Source: Macrostomum lignano (taxonomy: Eukaryota). Taken from it: 64,000 nucleotides of DNA. Below, piece by piece: positions 48,470-64,000 of the stretch. The translations under genes and the position numbers were made by a program. Position 1 is the first letter of the stretch, and every line of letters begins with the position of its first letter. The stretch spans positions 97,952 through 161,951 of the forward strand of contig NIVC01001803.1 in NCBI GenBank assembly GCA_002269645.1, in the 5' to 3' direction. The notes below the pieces were generated by a model, which saw only the letters and a program-made list of their open reading frames with translations, did not search any database and was not told where the DNA came from.

Positions 48470-48810
48470 AATCTCACCCTGCATCTCACCTGTATCGCAT
48501 ACTGAATCTCACTTGTATCTGATTTGGAATCTCCCCCTGCATCTCATACTGAGTCTTACCATGCATTTTATGCGGAATCTCACCTTGAATCTTATGCGGA
48601 ATCTTACCCTGAATCTTATGCGGAATCTCACCCTGAATTTCATACTGAATTTCACCCTGCATCTCATACTGAATCTCACTCTGCATAATATACTGAATCT
48701 CACCCTGAATTTCATACTGAATTTCACCCTGCATCTCATACTGAATCTCACTCTGCATAATATACTGAATCTAACCCTGCATCTCATACCGAATCTCACC
48801 CTGCATCTTA
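48470..48810. repeat. 24-bp diverged minisatellite between TPR and the TRAF-like gene
   Basis: CTGAATCTCACCCTGCATCTCATA variants. Confidence 0.85.
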
Positions 48811-49025
48811 TATTTAATCTGGCCATTCTCATTTTGATTCTTTTGATTCTTGAATCTCACTCACTATCTGTCTAATTCTCACCCTACATTTCACTTTGAA
48901 TCTCAACCTGCAAATCAATCTAAATCTCACCTTGTGTCTCATATACTGACTCTCACCACATCAAAATGTCAATCCAGCAGTTTAAACAACAGCAAAAAAG
49001 ACAAACAAAAACACAAGTCGCCAGC

Positions 49026-63391
<14,366 letters not shown>

Positions 63392-63644
63392 TGACGACGA
63401 AGTTGGACCCGCTTCTTCGTCTGGCGCTGATGCAGACAGGAAGTAATGAGGTTGCATTGCACAAGTGTCCGAACAGTGTCCGGAGGTCCGGGTGTACATC
63501 TCACCCAACTCATGATATTTTGAGCAGTGTGTAGCAATTTGGGGACACAAACTTATCACATTTCATAGGAAATCTGAGCGCCAACAAAACATATGCAGGC
63601 TGTGTGCAGAGTTAGGTGCCTTCTCAAGGAGACAAATTTCTTCC

Positions 63645-63714
63645 GAATGGGTTGAGAATTGAACCCCCTTAACCTTTCATTTCAGTCTGACCACCTAACC
63701 ACTAGGCTACAGCC
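63645..63714 (-). other. tRNA-like remnant (SINE head or tRNA pseudogene)
   Basis: The minus strand reads GCTGTAGCCTAGTGGTTAGGTGGTCAGACTGAAATGAAAGGTTAAGGGGGTTCAATTCTC, with A-box- and B-box-like motifs. It shares GCCTAGTGGTTAGG with the copy at about 3160. Confidence 0.4.
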
Positions 63715-64000
63715 TCTTACCACATACTATAGATGCTATGATGTTTTTTTTTCTAGACACCCAGAGACTGTCTACCAGAGTGTCTGCAGAAAAGCTTTTT
63801 GCTACCTTTTGTCTGCCTGTTTGCTGCCCTCCCCCTCATTTTCTGTCTGTTCTCTACCTTCTTGTTTGTAGCCACGGGTATCTCTCCTGAGGTCACAATG
63901 GTGGCCTGTTTTCCTTTTCATGAGCTAGTCATATGACAAGCCTTGTTTTCTTGTAGTCCTAAAGTGCAGTAAACATATTTGCTACACTTGCTGGTCTGTG

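Overview
Eukaryotic (animal) genomic DNA with GC-rich exons, spliceosomal introns and very dense tandem repeats. The style suggests a flatworm such as Macrostomum, but that is an inference. The right third carries two minus-strand host genes: a 10-exon nucleoprotein TPR/Megator orthologue (49026-63391, about 2057 aa, all splice phases consistent) and, about 0.6 kb downstream, a RING + TRAF-zinc-finger gene with no visible MATH domain. A two-exon secreted WSC-domain gene lies at 21799-22599. The rest is transposons and satellites. These include a Ty3/Gypsy gag-pol fragment at the left edge, and a Sola-like DNA transposon (5731-14332, AATT TSD) whose decayed transposase ends in a PHD finger and which contains a hAT-like element (10258-14152, 7-bp TSD) with a cleanly spliced but truncated transposase. 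There are also two MITEs with 8-bp TSDs, kinase and LINE remnants, a compact Crypton-type tyrosine-recombinase element bounded by perfect 32-bp inverted repeats (29528-31362), and a near-homogeneous array of about 81 x 75 bp. Most long ORFs in the supplied track are tandem-repeat artefacts. No CRISPR array or rRNA was found.
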